Source: Chiloscyllium plagiosum
Lineage: Eukaryota
Reading direction: 5' to 3'
Assembly: GCF_004010195.1 (NCBI RefSeq)
Contig: NC_057756.1
Coordinates: forward strand, 6,205,094-6,269,093
Length of the DNA stretch: 64,000 nucleotides
Shown here in pieces: positions 26,728 through 38,414 of the stretch (its first letter is position 1; the number at the start of each line of letters is the position of its first letter). The notes beneath the pieces were generated by a model, which saw only the letters and a program-made list of their open reading frames with translations, searched no databases and was not told where the DNA came from. The position numbers were made by a program, and so were the translations under genes.

Positions 26728-28052
26728 GTGAGTTTATATAGACTGCAACATCTCTCAGATGTACACACACAATAAAACCTAGACACATACACACATTACC
26801 AGCTCTCATTCTGTGTTGAAGCAATGAAAACACCAGAGTACCCAGGCACTGTTTAGTAATCAGCACCCTACAGAGAACTGCAGATTTTTCCTTTTCTCTA
26901 TCATTTGTACTGTGTACAACAGCAATCTGATAATATTGTAACATTCAGGGAACACTGTATTCCTTTGGCTGCTGCTGTCAACCACAGTCGTACAAGAGTG
27001 CTGCTCGTTGTCAAGTTTTCAATAGATCACTAAGTGACATGGTGTGAGTACAGGGGTTCAATAAGCTTTGAGTCATTTAGACAGTTCGAGGATCACAAAA
27101 ACAAAGAGAGACTAAGAGAATGACAAACAGAGAGACTGATAGGGAAAGAGAAGTCAAAAATAGGTTCTATGCAGAACAAGCTGCTGCTAAAAAGCCAACT
27201 GAAGGCCACTCGTTGTGTGGGCTTGCAGCACAGGAAGAAATCCCTGCAGCTGTTTGACTATTCTGTACAGTTGGGACTCAGGTGAGATTCTGGAAACAAG
27301 TTGTGTGCTGTAGTTAAGACCCATCAATAGTCCAGGGAGCCAGGAGGTGTCACTAAATGTTGGAGTTAAGTTTCAGAAAAACACTTGGGATCTACTGAGG
27401 TCCCAGAATAAAGTCATGAATAGGTCAGAAAGAGATTAACCAAACTTCCACTTTCACATTAAATGGGTATGATGAGCCACAGCATCACTAACATCTGGGA
27501 TATTGCTGACACATCAGTGGGATCTGTTTTCACTTCATTTTTCATTTGGTGTGCTCTGCAGGCTCTTTAATCTTTAATTCTGGACACGAGAATATATCCG
27601 AACCATACACTGGAGACTCTACTATTGTGTTGTTTTCCATGATAAATCTAATTTCTATTCATTAAAAACTGTTGAATCTAGTGGCTTCCTTGTCGAAGTA
27701 AGTATCAGAAAATTAAATGTTGTTGACTTGCTTTCAAGCACGGCCAGCAGGTAGCTATTGACCAGGTCTGGTCTGGACTCACACCATGTCACTTAGTGAT
27801 CAAATACTATCCAGTGACTGACAAGCACCAGGGCACATGCTGGGGACATGAAAGGAACTTTCTTTTTTCGAGATAGAGAGCAGCTCCAATGCTGAGGGAA
27901 TATAATGACAGCTTACACAGGCAATCTCCATCAGAAATGTGACACAGAAACTTACACAGAGGGAAAATGAATGCAAATTCAGAGGCATCAGAGACTGAAA
28001 ATCAGCGTGATGTGCACTGTTCTGACACAATGTTATCTTCCTTCATTTTTAG

Positions 28053-28334
28053 ATGCACCACAGAATCTCTCAATTACTTCTGCTCACATAATTAAAAACT
28101 TATCGATCACTACAATTGAGGGGAATTCTGTGGTGATAATCTGCTCTGTCGAGAGCTTCCCAGCTTCCAACCTGACGTGGACCCATCTGAATGTCACAAT
28201 GAACAGAACAAGTTCCAACAATGAGCTGTGGTTGGAGATTCCTCACGTTACACCCAGGGAGACTGGAGACTATCAGTGTGTGGCAGAGAATGAACATGGA
28301 GCAGTGGAGAGCTCCATAACCATCACTGTGCAAT
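28053..28334 (+). CDS. Siglec-like gene, Ig domain 4 (C2/I-set) exon, type B
   Basis: cttcatttttag| ... CAAT|gtgagt, 282 nt, phase 1/1. Reads YAPQNLS...IICSVESFPASNLTW...TGDYQCVAENEHG. Confidence 0.92.
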
Positions 28335-28410
28335 GTGAGTGTACACAGCGTTCAACACCTACACTAGAGGGCAAACAATCAGAAATGTGGTACATAGTAC
28401 CACAAATGAC

Positions 28411-28634
28411 AAAGATAGAGAAAAGGGATGAGGTCCTGCAAGGTGAGGGGCAAGATTCAAGGTTCAAGGGGTCCAATTGCCACCAGGACAGAACCCCACT
28501 GGTCCTCACCTACCACGCCACCAACCTCCAGATACATCGTATCATCCTTCGTCATTTCTGCCTGACCTGCTGCGCTTTTCCAGCAACACATTTTTCAGCT
28601 CTAATCTCCAGCATCTGCAGTCCTCACTTTCTCC
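28411..28634. mobile_element. Penelope-like fragments
   Basis: DRTPLVLTYHATNLQIHRIILRHF plus the ctccagcatctgcagtcctcactttctcc terminal repeat also seen at 43150 and 63650. Confidence 0.6.
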
Positions 28635-30670
28635 CTCAAAGATCAGCAAGGCGGCCTTTGTGTGGAGCCACAGAAAATGGGGGAGATACTAAATGAGTAT
28701 TTTGCATCAGTATTTACTGTGGAAAAGGATATGGAAGATATAGACTGTAGGGAAATAGATGGTGACATCTTGCAAAATGTCCAGATTACAGAAGAGGAAG
28801 TGCTGGATGTCAGGGAAATAGATGGTGACATCTCGCAAAATGTCCATATTACAGAGGGGGAAGTGCTGGATGTCTTGAAACGGTTAAAGGTGGATAAATC
28901 CCGAGGACCTGATCAGGTGTACCCTAGAACATTGTGGGAAGCTAGAGAAGTGATTGCTGGGCCTGTTGCTGAGATATTTGTATCATCGATAGTCACAGGT
29001 GAGGTGCCAGAAGACTACAGGTTGGCTAACATGGTGCCACTGTTTAAGAAGGGTGGTAAGGACAAGCCAGGGAACTATAGACTGGCGAGTCTGATGTCAG
29101 TGGTGGGCAAGTTGTTGAATGGAATCCTGAGGGACAGGATGTACATGTATTTGGAAAGGCAAGGGCTGATTAGGAATAGTCAACATAGTTTTCTGTGTGG
29201 GAAATCATGACTCACAAACTTGATTGAGTTTTTTGAGGATGTAACAAAGAAGATTGATGAGGGTAGAGAAGTAAATGTGATCTATATGGACTTCAGCAAG
29301 GCGTTTGGCAAGGTTCCCCATGGGAGACTGATTAGCAAGGTTAGATTTCACGGAATACAGGGAGAACAAGCCATTTGGATACAGCACTGGCTCAAAGGTA
29401 GAAGACAGTGGCTGGTGGTGGGGGGGTTTTTTTTCGGCCTGGAGGCCTGTGACCAGTGGAGTGCCACAAGGATCGGTGCTGGGTCCTCTACTTTTTGACG
29501 TTTACATAATGGGGAGGCACGGTGGCATATTGGTTAGTACTGCTGCCTCACAACACCAGGGACCCAGGTTCGATTCCAGCCTCAGGCGACTGTCTGTGTA
29601 GAGTTTTCACATTCTCCCCGTGTTTGTGTGGGTTTCCTCCAGGTGCTCTGGTTTCCTCCCACAGTCCAAAGATGTGCAGGCCAGGTGAATTGGTCATGCC
29701 AAATTGCCTGCAGAATTGGGTGCATTAGTCAGGGGTAAATATGGGGAATAGGTCGGGGAATTGGTGTGGACTAGTTGGGCTGAAGGGCCTGTTTTCACAC
29801 TGTAGGGAATCTAATCTAATTTAAATGATTTGGATGCGAGCATAAGAGGTACACTTAGTAAATTTGCAGATGACACCAAAATTGGAGGTGTAGTGGACAG
29901 CGAAGACGGTTATCTTAAATTACAACAGGACTTTGACCAGATGGGTCATTGGGCTGAGAAGTGGCAGATGGAGTTTAATTCAGAAAATGCGAGGTGTGGC
30001 ATTTTGGGAAAGCAAATCCTAACAGGACTTATAGACTTAATGGTAAGGTCCTAGGGAGTGTCTTGGAGTGCTTCATAGCTCCTTGAAAGTGGAGTCACAG
30101 GTAGATAGGATAGTGAAGAAGGCGTTGGTATGCTTTCCTTTATTGGTCAGAGTATTGAGTACAGGAGTTGGGAGGTCATGTTGTGGCTGTACAGGACATT
30201 GGTTAGGCTACTGTTGGAATATTGCGTGCAATTCTGGTCTCCTTCCTATCGGAAGGATGTTGTGAAACTTGAAAGGGTTCAGAAAAGATTTACAAAGCTG
30301 TTGCCAGGGTTGGAGGATTTGAGCTACAGGGAGAAGCTGTACAGGCTGGGACTGTTTTCCCTTGAACGTCGGAGGCTGAGGGGTGACCTCACAGAGAATT
30401 ACAAAATTATGAGGGTAAATAGAGTAAATAGACAAAGTCTTTTCCCTGGGGTCAGGGAGTCCAGAACTAGAGGGCATAGGTTTAGAGTGAGAGGGGAAAG
30501 ATATAAAAGAGACCTACTGGGCAACTTTTTCACACAGAGGGTGGTACGTGTATGGAATGAGCTGCCAGAGGATGTGGTGGAGGCTGATACAATTGCAACA
30601 TTTAAGAGGCACATGGACGGGTTGGACCGAAGGGTCTGTTTCCATGCTGTACATCTCTATGACTCTCGGA
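28635..30670 (+). mobile_element. CR1/HER1 LINE RT region with nested SINE
   Basis: ORFs 28662-29210, 29220-29498, 29830-30054 and 30130-30771 carry CR1 RT motifs (SKFADDTKIGG); 63-bp internal duplication at about 28745-28875. Confidence 0.92.
29511..29820 (+). mobile_element. HE1-type SINE nested in CR1
   Basis: SINE body and tail interrupt the RT ...YI|NDLD motif. Confidence 0.9.
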
Positions 30671-30674
30671 CTCT

Positions 30675-31465
30675 AAATAAAAAATATCTAAGAGGAAATT
30701 TAAAGAGAAAATTCGGAAAGCAAAGAGGGGGCATGGAAGGAACGTCCCAAGTTATTTCACGAGTACAATAAGAGTAAAAGAATGGATAGGGTAACGGAAG
30801 GGCCCATTTAGGTATTTTGTATGTGGAGCCGAAGGATGTGGGTTAGGTTCTAAATGAATACTTGGTTTTAATGTTCACTCATGAGAGCAATAGTTTAGAT
30901 ATCATCATCAGGGAGATGGAGTGTAATATACATTACAAAATTAGCTCAGACAGACAGGGGACTCTGAGTGACCTAGCAGGATTAAAACTAGACAAATCGC
31001 AGGACCAGATGCAGTGTATCCCAGGCTGCTGAGTGAGGCAAGGGAGGGAACTATCAGGGGCACTGGCAAATATTTTCAATTCCTCTGTGGCCACTGGAGA
31101 GGTACCAGTGGATTGGAGAGCAGTCAATGCGGTACTAACATTCATGCATGAATGGTGATTCATTTGCCATATTCTACTCCAACTTCAACAAGGCTTTAGA
31201 TAAGGTCCAACTTGGGAAGCTGTTTGTGAAGGAGAAAGTCCATGGGATCCAAAGAGCATTGCCAAATTGGATTTGGAGTTAGCTGAGTGGCAGGAAGCAG
31301 AGGGTCATGGTTTGAGGGGTGTTTCTGTGACTGGAAGCCTGTACCCAGTGGGGTCTCACAGGGATCATGACTGGAGCCCTTGCTGATTAAAGCAGATATA
31401 AATAATTCAGAATTTAGGAGGATTGATCTGTCAGTTTGAGGTTCATCCAAAACTCAGTGAGCTGA
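30675..31465 (+). mobile_element. Old, decayed CR1 fragment
   Basis: Degenerate DKS.GPD, W+.ANV, FNKALDKV and SGVSQGS motifs. Confidence 0.65.
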
Positions 31466-31474
31466 TAAATACTG

Positions 31475-34028
31475 AAGCATTCCCTCAGTATTGACCCTTG
31501 GATAGTGCAACACTCCCACAGTACTGACCCCCAATACAATAGCACCCCCTCAGTACTGACACTCTGACAGTGCAGCACTCCCTCAGTACTGACCCTCTGT
31601 CAGTGCAGCACTCCCTCAGTACTGACCCTCTGACACAGCAGCACTCTCTCAGTACTGACTCTCTGACAGTGCAGCACTCCCTCAGTCCTGACCCTCTGAC
31701 AGTGCAGCAATCCCTCAGTACTGACCCTCTGACACAGCAGCACTCTCTCAGTACTGACTCTCTGACAGTGCAGCACTCCCTCAGTACTGACCCTCTGACA
31801 CAGCAGCACTCTCTCAGTACTGACTCTCTGACAGTGCAGCACTCCCTCAGTACTGACCCTCTGACACAGCAGCACTCTCTCAGTACTGACTCTCTGACAG
31901 TGCAGCACTCCCTCAGTACTGACCCTCTGACACAGCAGCACTCTCTCAGTACTGACTCTCTGACAGTGCAGCACTCCCTCAGTACTGACCCTCTGACACA
32001 GCAGCACTCTCTCAGTACTGACTCTCTGACAGTGCAGCACTCCCTCAGTACTGACCCTCTGACACAGCAGCACTCTCTCAGTACTGACTCTCTGACAGTG
32101 CAGCACTCCCTCAGTACTGACCCTCTGACACAGCAGCACTCTCTCAGTACTGACTCTCTGACAGTGCAGCACTCCCTCAGTAAAGGTTTTGGAAAGAATT
32201 ATAAGAGATAGGATTTATAATCATCTAGCAAGCAATAATTTGATTTCAGATAGTCAACATGTTTTTGTCAAGGTCGTGTCTCACAAACCTTATTGAGTTT
32301 TTTGAGAAGGTGACCAAGCATGTAGATGAGGGTAGGGCAGTTGATGTGGTATACATGGACTTCAGTAAAGCCTCTGATAAGATTCTACATGGTAGGCTGT
32401 TGGATAAAATGCAGAGGCATGGAATTGAGGGTGATTTAGCAGTTTGGATTAGAAACTTGCTTTCTGAAAGAAGGCAGCGAGTGGTGTTGATGGAAAATAT
32501 TCAGTCTGGAGTCTGATTACTAGTGGTGTGCCACAAGGATCTGTTTTGGGACCACAGCTGTTCATTATTTTTATAAATGACTTAGACGCAGGCATAGGTG
32601 GATGGGTTAGTAAGTTTGCAGATGACACTAAAGTCAGTGGAGTAGTGGACAGTTTGGAAGAATATTACTGGTTGCAGGAGGACTTGGATAATCTGCAGAA
32701 TTGGGTTGAGAGGTGGCAAATGGAGCTCAATGCAGCTAAATGTGAGGTGATGCACTTTGGGAAGAATAGCAGGTAGGCAGAATACTGGGTCAATGGAAAG
32801 ATTCTTGGTAGTGTGGATGTGCAAAGGGATCTTGGAGTCCATGTGCATAGATCCCTGTAAGTTGCCACCCGAGCCGGGAATATCATGTTGCAACTAGTGC
32901 TGCCACACTAGGAATATTGTGTACAGCTCTGGTCACCCCATTACAGGAAGGATGTAGAAGCATTGGAAAAGGTGCAGAGGAGATTTACCAGGATGTTGCC
33001 TGGTCTGGAGGGAAGGTCTTATGAGGAAAGGCTGAAAGACTTGGGTCTGTTCTCATTGGAAAGAAGAAGGTTAAGAGGGGATTTGCTAGACACATACAAG
33101 ATGATCAGAGGATTAGGTAGGGTAGACAGTAGAAGTCTTTTTCCTAGAATGATGATGTCAGCTTGTAATTTGCAAAACTACAAATTGAGTGGTGATAGAT
33201 TTAAGACAGATGTCAGAGACAGGTTGTTTACTCAGAGAGTGGTAAGGGCATGGAATGCCTTACCTGCCTTTAGGGGCATTTAAACAATCCTTGGATAAGC
33301 ACATGGATGATAATGGGATAGTGTAGGGAGATGAGCTGAGAATAGTTCACAGGTCGGCGCAACATTGAGGGCTGAAGGGCCTGTTCTGCGCTGTATTTCT
33401 GTTTTATGTTCTAAAACTCCATTTCATGCACAAAGGTGGATAATTCCAAAACTGCAGGGTGTACATGTGGGGTTCTACACCACAATACTTTGCAATGCAA
33501 ATTCTTGGAAACCAGATGGAAATGATGTGCATTTGAAAGGTTTTGTGGGTCTTGTTTTCTGAAAAGTTGAATTAACTCTGCACATTCCCCGATGAGCCTT
33601 CTCACTATATAGGACTGAAGTTAGGGGTAGGTTCTTCACTCAGCGTGTCGTAAGTTCATGGAATGCCCTGCCTGTAGCAGTGGTGGACTCTCCCTCTTTA
33701 TGGGCATTTAAGCGGGCATTGGATAGGTATATGGAGGATAGTGGGTTAGTATAGGTTAGGTGGGCTTGGATCGGCGCAACATCGAGGGCCAAAGGGCTGT
33801 ACTGCGCTGTATTCTTCTATGTTCTATGTTCTATGTTCTATGTTCTAACTCCCTCAGTGCTGACCCTCTGACAGTGCAGCACTCCCTCAGTGCTGACCGT
33901 CTGACAGTGCAGCACTCCCTCAGTGCTGACCCTCTGACAGTGCAGCAGTCCCTCAGTACTGACCCTCTAATAGTGCAGCACTCCCTCAGTGCTGACCCTC
34001 TGACAGTGCAGCACTCCCTCAGTACTGA
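31475..34028 (+). repeat. 33-bp minisatellite array (31475-32181 and 33848-34028) split by CR1 insertions
   Basis: 11-codon periodicity in both strand ORFs; perfect 66-bp dimer units at about 31700-32181. Confidence 0.95.
32182..33847 (+). mobile_element. CR1/HER1 LINE fragments (32182-33413 and a second 3' end about 33600-33847)
   Basis: RT motifs PQGSVLGP and SKFADDTK; (tatgttc)n tail. Confidence 0.9.
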
Positions 34029-34158
34029 ATTGAAGTGTCTGCTATGGTTACATGATGTGTGGAGGAGGAAACCGCGCTGCTATCTCACCTTTCACATTGT
34101 CGGGGTCTAGGATGTTTTTGACTATCATTGTAATGAACTGATCATTATTTGCTTTTAG

Positions 34159-34440
34159 ACCCACCAAGGAATCTCTCAATTATTTCCCTGGATGGGATTA
34201 ATGATTCATCCATCAATATAATTGAGGGGAATTCTGCAGTCATAATCTGCTCTGTTGAGAGCTGCCCAGTGTCTAACCTGACGTGGAGATATCTTAATGT
34301 CACAATGAACAGGACACGTTCCAACAATGAGCTGTGGTTGGAGATTCCTCACATTATACCCAGGGAGACTGGAGACTATCAGTGTGTGGCAGAGAATGAA
34401 CATGGAGCAGTGGAGAGCTCCATAACCATCACTGTGACAT
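34159..34440 (+). CDS. Siglec-like gene, Ig domain 5 (C2/I-set) exon, type A duplicate
   Basis: tttgcttttag| ... ACAT|gtgagt, 282 nt, phase 1/1. Differs from 26446-26727 at 10 nt by manual comparison. Confidence 0.9.
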
Positions 34441-35250
34441 GTGAGTTTATACAGACTGCAACATCTCTCAGATGTACACACATACACACAGACAAACACA
34501 TACACATTATCAGCTTTCAGACCGTGTTGAAGTAATGCAAATTCCTGAATGACTAGGCACCCAGCTGAAGAAGCAGCATATCTATCCAAAACTGCAGATT
34601 TATCTGTTCTCGGTTATTTTTTGTTGGATCAATTTGTCCTGTGTACAACAATTTTGTAACATTCATGGAACATGATATTGTGTTGATTTGTATTATTGGA
34701 AAAGTGCAGCCAAGTCAGGCAGCATCCCAGGAGCAGGAAAGTCAGATTTTGGGCATAAGCCCCTCATCAGGAATGGAGGCCCAAAACGTTGATTCTCCTG
34801 CTCGTCAGATGCTGCCTATCACTTTCTCCTGGTTTGTATTGTCAAGTTTTCAACATGACACTGAGGTTAATCCAAGGATTCAGCGTTGGTTTGAGTTTGA
34901 TTCAGTTACACAATTCAAGAGAGAAAGAGAGAGAAAGGATGTGGCACAGAGGGAAAGATAACACGAGGTGGAGAGTGCGAGAGAGCGCGTTAGAGTTTAG
35001 AAGGATGAGGGGATATCGGTTTGAAACTTACACAATGGCCAGGACAGAGTGGACATTGAAAAGATGTTGACAAGAGATACTAGGACTTGAGGGCAAAGCC
35101 TTAGAATAAAAGGAAGATCTTCTAGAACGGAGATAAGGAGAAACTTCTTCAGCCAGACAGTTCTGGAATTCATTGCCACAGAAGGCTGTGGAGGCCAGGT
35201 CATTATATATATTTAAGATGGAGATAAGTAGGTTGTTGAGTATCAAGGAA

Positions 35251-35750
35251 NNNNNNNNNNNNNNNNNNNNNNNNNNNNNNNNNNNNNNNNNNNNNNNNNN
35301 NNNNNNNNNNNNNNNNNNNNNNNNNNNNNNNNNNNNNNNNNNNNNNNNNNNNNNNNNNNNNNNNNNNNNNNNNNNNNNNNNNNNNNNNNNNNNNNNNNNN
35401 NNNNNNNNNNNNNNNNNNNNNNNNNNNNNNNNNNNNNNNNNNNNNNNNNNNNNNNNNNNNNNNNNNNNNNNNNNNNNNNNNNNNNNNNNNNNNNNNNNNN
35501 NNNNNNNNNNNNNNNNNNNNNNNNNNNNNNNNNNNNNNNNNNNNNNNNNNNNNNNNNNNNNNNNNNNNNNNNNNNNNNNNNNNNNNNNNNNNNNNNNNNN
35601 NNNNNNNNNNNNNNNNNNNNNNNNNNNNNNNNNNNNNNNNNNNNNNNNNNNNNNNNNNNNNNNNNNNNNNNNNNNNNNNNNNNNNNNNNNNNNNNNNNNN
35701 NNNNNNNNNNNNNNNNNNNNNNNNNNNNNNNNNNNNNNNNNNNNNNNNNN
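35251..35750. other. Assembly gap of exactly 500 N (possibly a placeholder of unknown size)
   Basis: N run flanked by different CR1 copies. Other gaps: 3687-4239, 19677-20490, 42798-42818, 49200-49334, 55993-56148. Confidence 0.95.
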
Positions 35751-37800
35751 GTTGGCTAACATGGTGCCACTGTTTAAGAAGGGCGGTAAGGACAAGCCAG
35801 GGAACTATGGACCAGTGAGCCTGATGTCGGTGATAGGCAAGTTGTTGGAGGGAATCCTGAGGGACAGGATGTACACGCATTTGGAAAGGCAAGGACTGAT
35901 TAGGGATAGTCAACATAGTTTTGTACATGAGAAATCATGTCTCACAAACTTGATTGAGTTTTTTGAGGAAGTAACAAAGAGGATTGATGAGGGCAGAGCG
36001 GTAAGTGTGATCTATATGGACTTCAGTCAGGTGCTTCAGCAAGGTTCCCCGTGGGAGACTGGTTAGCAAGGTTAGATCTCACTGAATACAGGGACAACTA
36101 GCCATTTGGATACAGAACTGGCTCAAAGGTAGAAGACAGAAGGTGGTGGAGGAGGATTGTATTTCAGACTGGAGGCCTGTGACCAATGGAGTGCCACAAG
36201 GATTGGTGCTGGGTCCTCTACATTTTGTCATTGATATGAATTATTTGGATGCAAGCATAAAAAGTATAGTTATTAAATTTGCAGATGACACCAAAATTGG
36301 AGGTGTAGTGGACAGCGAAGAAGGTTACCTCAGATTACAACAGGATCTTGCTCAGATGGGCCAATGGGCTGAGAAGTGGCAGATGGAGCTTAATTCAGAA
36401 AAATGTGAGGTGCTGCATTTTGGGAGAGCAAATCTTAGCAGGACTTATACACTTAATGGTAAGGTCCTAGGGTGTGTTGCTGAACAAAGAGACCTTGGAG
36501 TGCAGGTTCACAGCTCCTTGAAAGTGGAGTCGAGGTAGATAGGATAGTGAAGAAGGCGTGTGCTTTCCTTTATTGGTCAGAGTATTGTGTATAGGAATTG
36601 GGAGGTCATGTTGCAGCTGTACAGGACATTAGTTAGGCCACTGTTGGAATACACCATGCAATTCTGGTCTCCTTCCTATCGGAAAGCTGTTGTGAAACCT
36701 GAAAGGGTTCAGAAAAGATTTGCGAGCATGTTACCAGGGTTGGAGTATTTGAGCTATAGGGAGAGGCTGAACAGGCTGGGGCTGTTTTCCCTGGAGCATC
36801 AGAGGCTGAGGGGTGACCTTATAGAGGTTTACAAAATTATGAGGGGCATGGATAGGGTTAATAGACAAAGTATTTTCCCTGGGGTCAGGGAGTCCAGAAC
36901 TAGAGGGCATAGGTTTAGGGTGAGAGGGGAAAGGTATAAAAGAGACCTAAGAACCAAGAAAGAACAAAGAAAATTTACAGCCCAGAAACAGGCCCTTCGG
37001 CCCTCCAATCCTGAGCCGATCCAAATGTACCGTCTAAACCTGTCGGTCAATCCCTAAGCATCTGTATCCCTCTACTCCCCATCAATCATGCATCTGTCCA
37101 GACGCATCTCAAATGAATCTACCGTGCCTGCCTCTACCACGTCTGCTGGCAACGCGTTCCAGATACCCACCACCCTCCGTGTGAAGTACTTGCCGCGTGT
37201 AACCCCCTTAAACTTTCCACCTCTCACCTTGAAAGCATGACTTCTCATTATTGAATCCTTCACCCTGGGAAAAAGCTTATCTCTATCCACCCTGTCTATA
37301 CCCTTCATGATCTTATAAACCTCAATCAGGTCCCTCCTCAATCTCTTTTTTTCTAATGAAAATAAGTCTAACCTACTCAACCTCTCTTCATACCTAGCAC
37401 CTTCCACACCAGGCAACATCCTCGTAAACCTTCTCTGCACCCTCTCCAAAGCGTCCACATCCTTTTGGTAATGTGGTGACCAGAAATGTACACAGTATTC
37501 TAAATGCGGCTGAACCAATGTCTTGCACAATGTTAAGATGACTTGCCAGCTCTTATACTCAATACCCCATCCAATGGGGCAACGTTTTCACACACAGTGT
37601 GGTACGTGTATAGAATGAGTTGCCAGAGGAAGTGGTGGAGGCTGGTACAATTGCAACATTTAAAAGGCATTTGGATGGGTATATGAATAGGAAGGGTTTG
37701 GAGGGATATGGGCCGGGTGCCAGGTGGGATTAGATTGGGTTGGGATATCTGGTCGGCATGGACAGGTTTGTTTCCATGCTGTACATCTCTATGACTCTAT
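35751..37800 (+). mobile_element. CR1/HER1 LINE with an antisense CR1 3' fragment nested at about 36950-37578
   Basis: The RT reading ...RYKRDLR| resumes as gggcaacgttttcacacacag at about 37578; minus ORF 37072-37530 is CR1 RT C-terminus. Confidence 0.9.
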
Positions 37801-38412
37801 CTCTTTGGGTTCACCCTGATCTTCTCAGCCAAACCTATCTTGTGCACCCTTTTCACCCCCTGATTTTCTTCTTTAGTAAAGCCTTGTATTCCCTGTTTAC
37901 ATACAGGTATTCCCTTGATCCCAGCTGCCTGTACTTGAGCCACACCTTTTTTTCTGCTCAAAGCATCAAGATGTCTTGTCATCCTGTGTTCCCTATTCCT
38001 GCCAACCTTGCCTTCACCCTCACAAGAACAGATAGACCTCGAACTCCAGCTATCTAACTTTTAACAGCCTCCACTTACCAGAGGTCCCATTGCCTGCAAA
38101 CAACTTGTTCAATCAACCCCTGCAAGTTCCTGTCTAATTCCATCAAAATTCCCTTGCCTTAATTTAAACCTTGAACCTGTGACATAGTTTTGTCCCACTC
38201 CATAACTACTTTAAAATTAATAGAACTATAGTCACTGATGCCAAAGTGCTCCCCCAATGTCACCTCCATCACTATTTCACAAGAGAAGGTCAAGTTTTGC
38301 CCCTTTCCAAGTAGGGCCCTCCATATACTTGAGGAAACTTTTCTTTATGCACTTCACAAATTTAACACTCTGGCAGTCCCAGTCTATGTGAGGAAAATTA
38401 AAATCATCTAAT
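37800..38412 (-). mobile_element. CR1 LINE fragment (endonuclease-RT linker)
   Basis: Reverse complement resembles 21370-21960 (GDF N PNIDW, GSSDHNS-like). Confidence 0.7.
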
Positions 38413-38414
38413 CA

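Noticed and set aside
31570..32211. 213-aa and 190-aa repetitive ORFs; also superficially CRISPR-like periodicity
   Set aside because: Translations of a 33-bp minisatellite with no unique spacers, in a eukaryotic intron.
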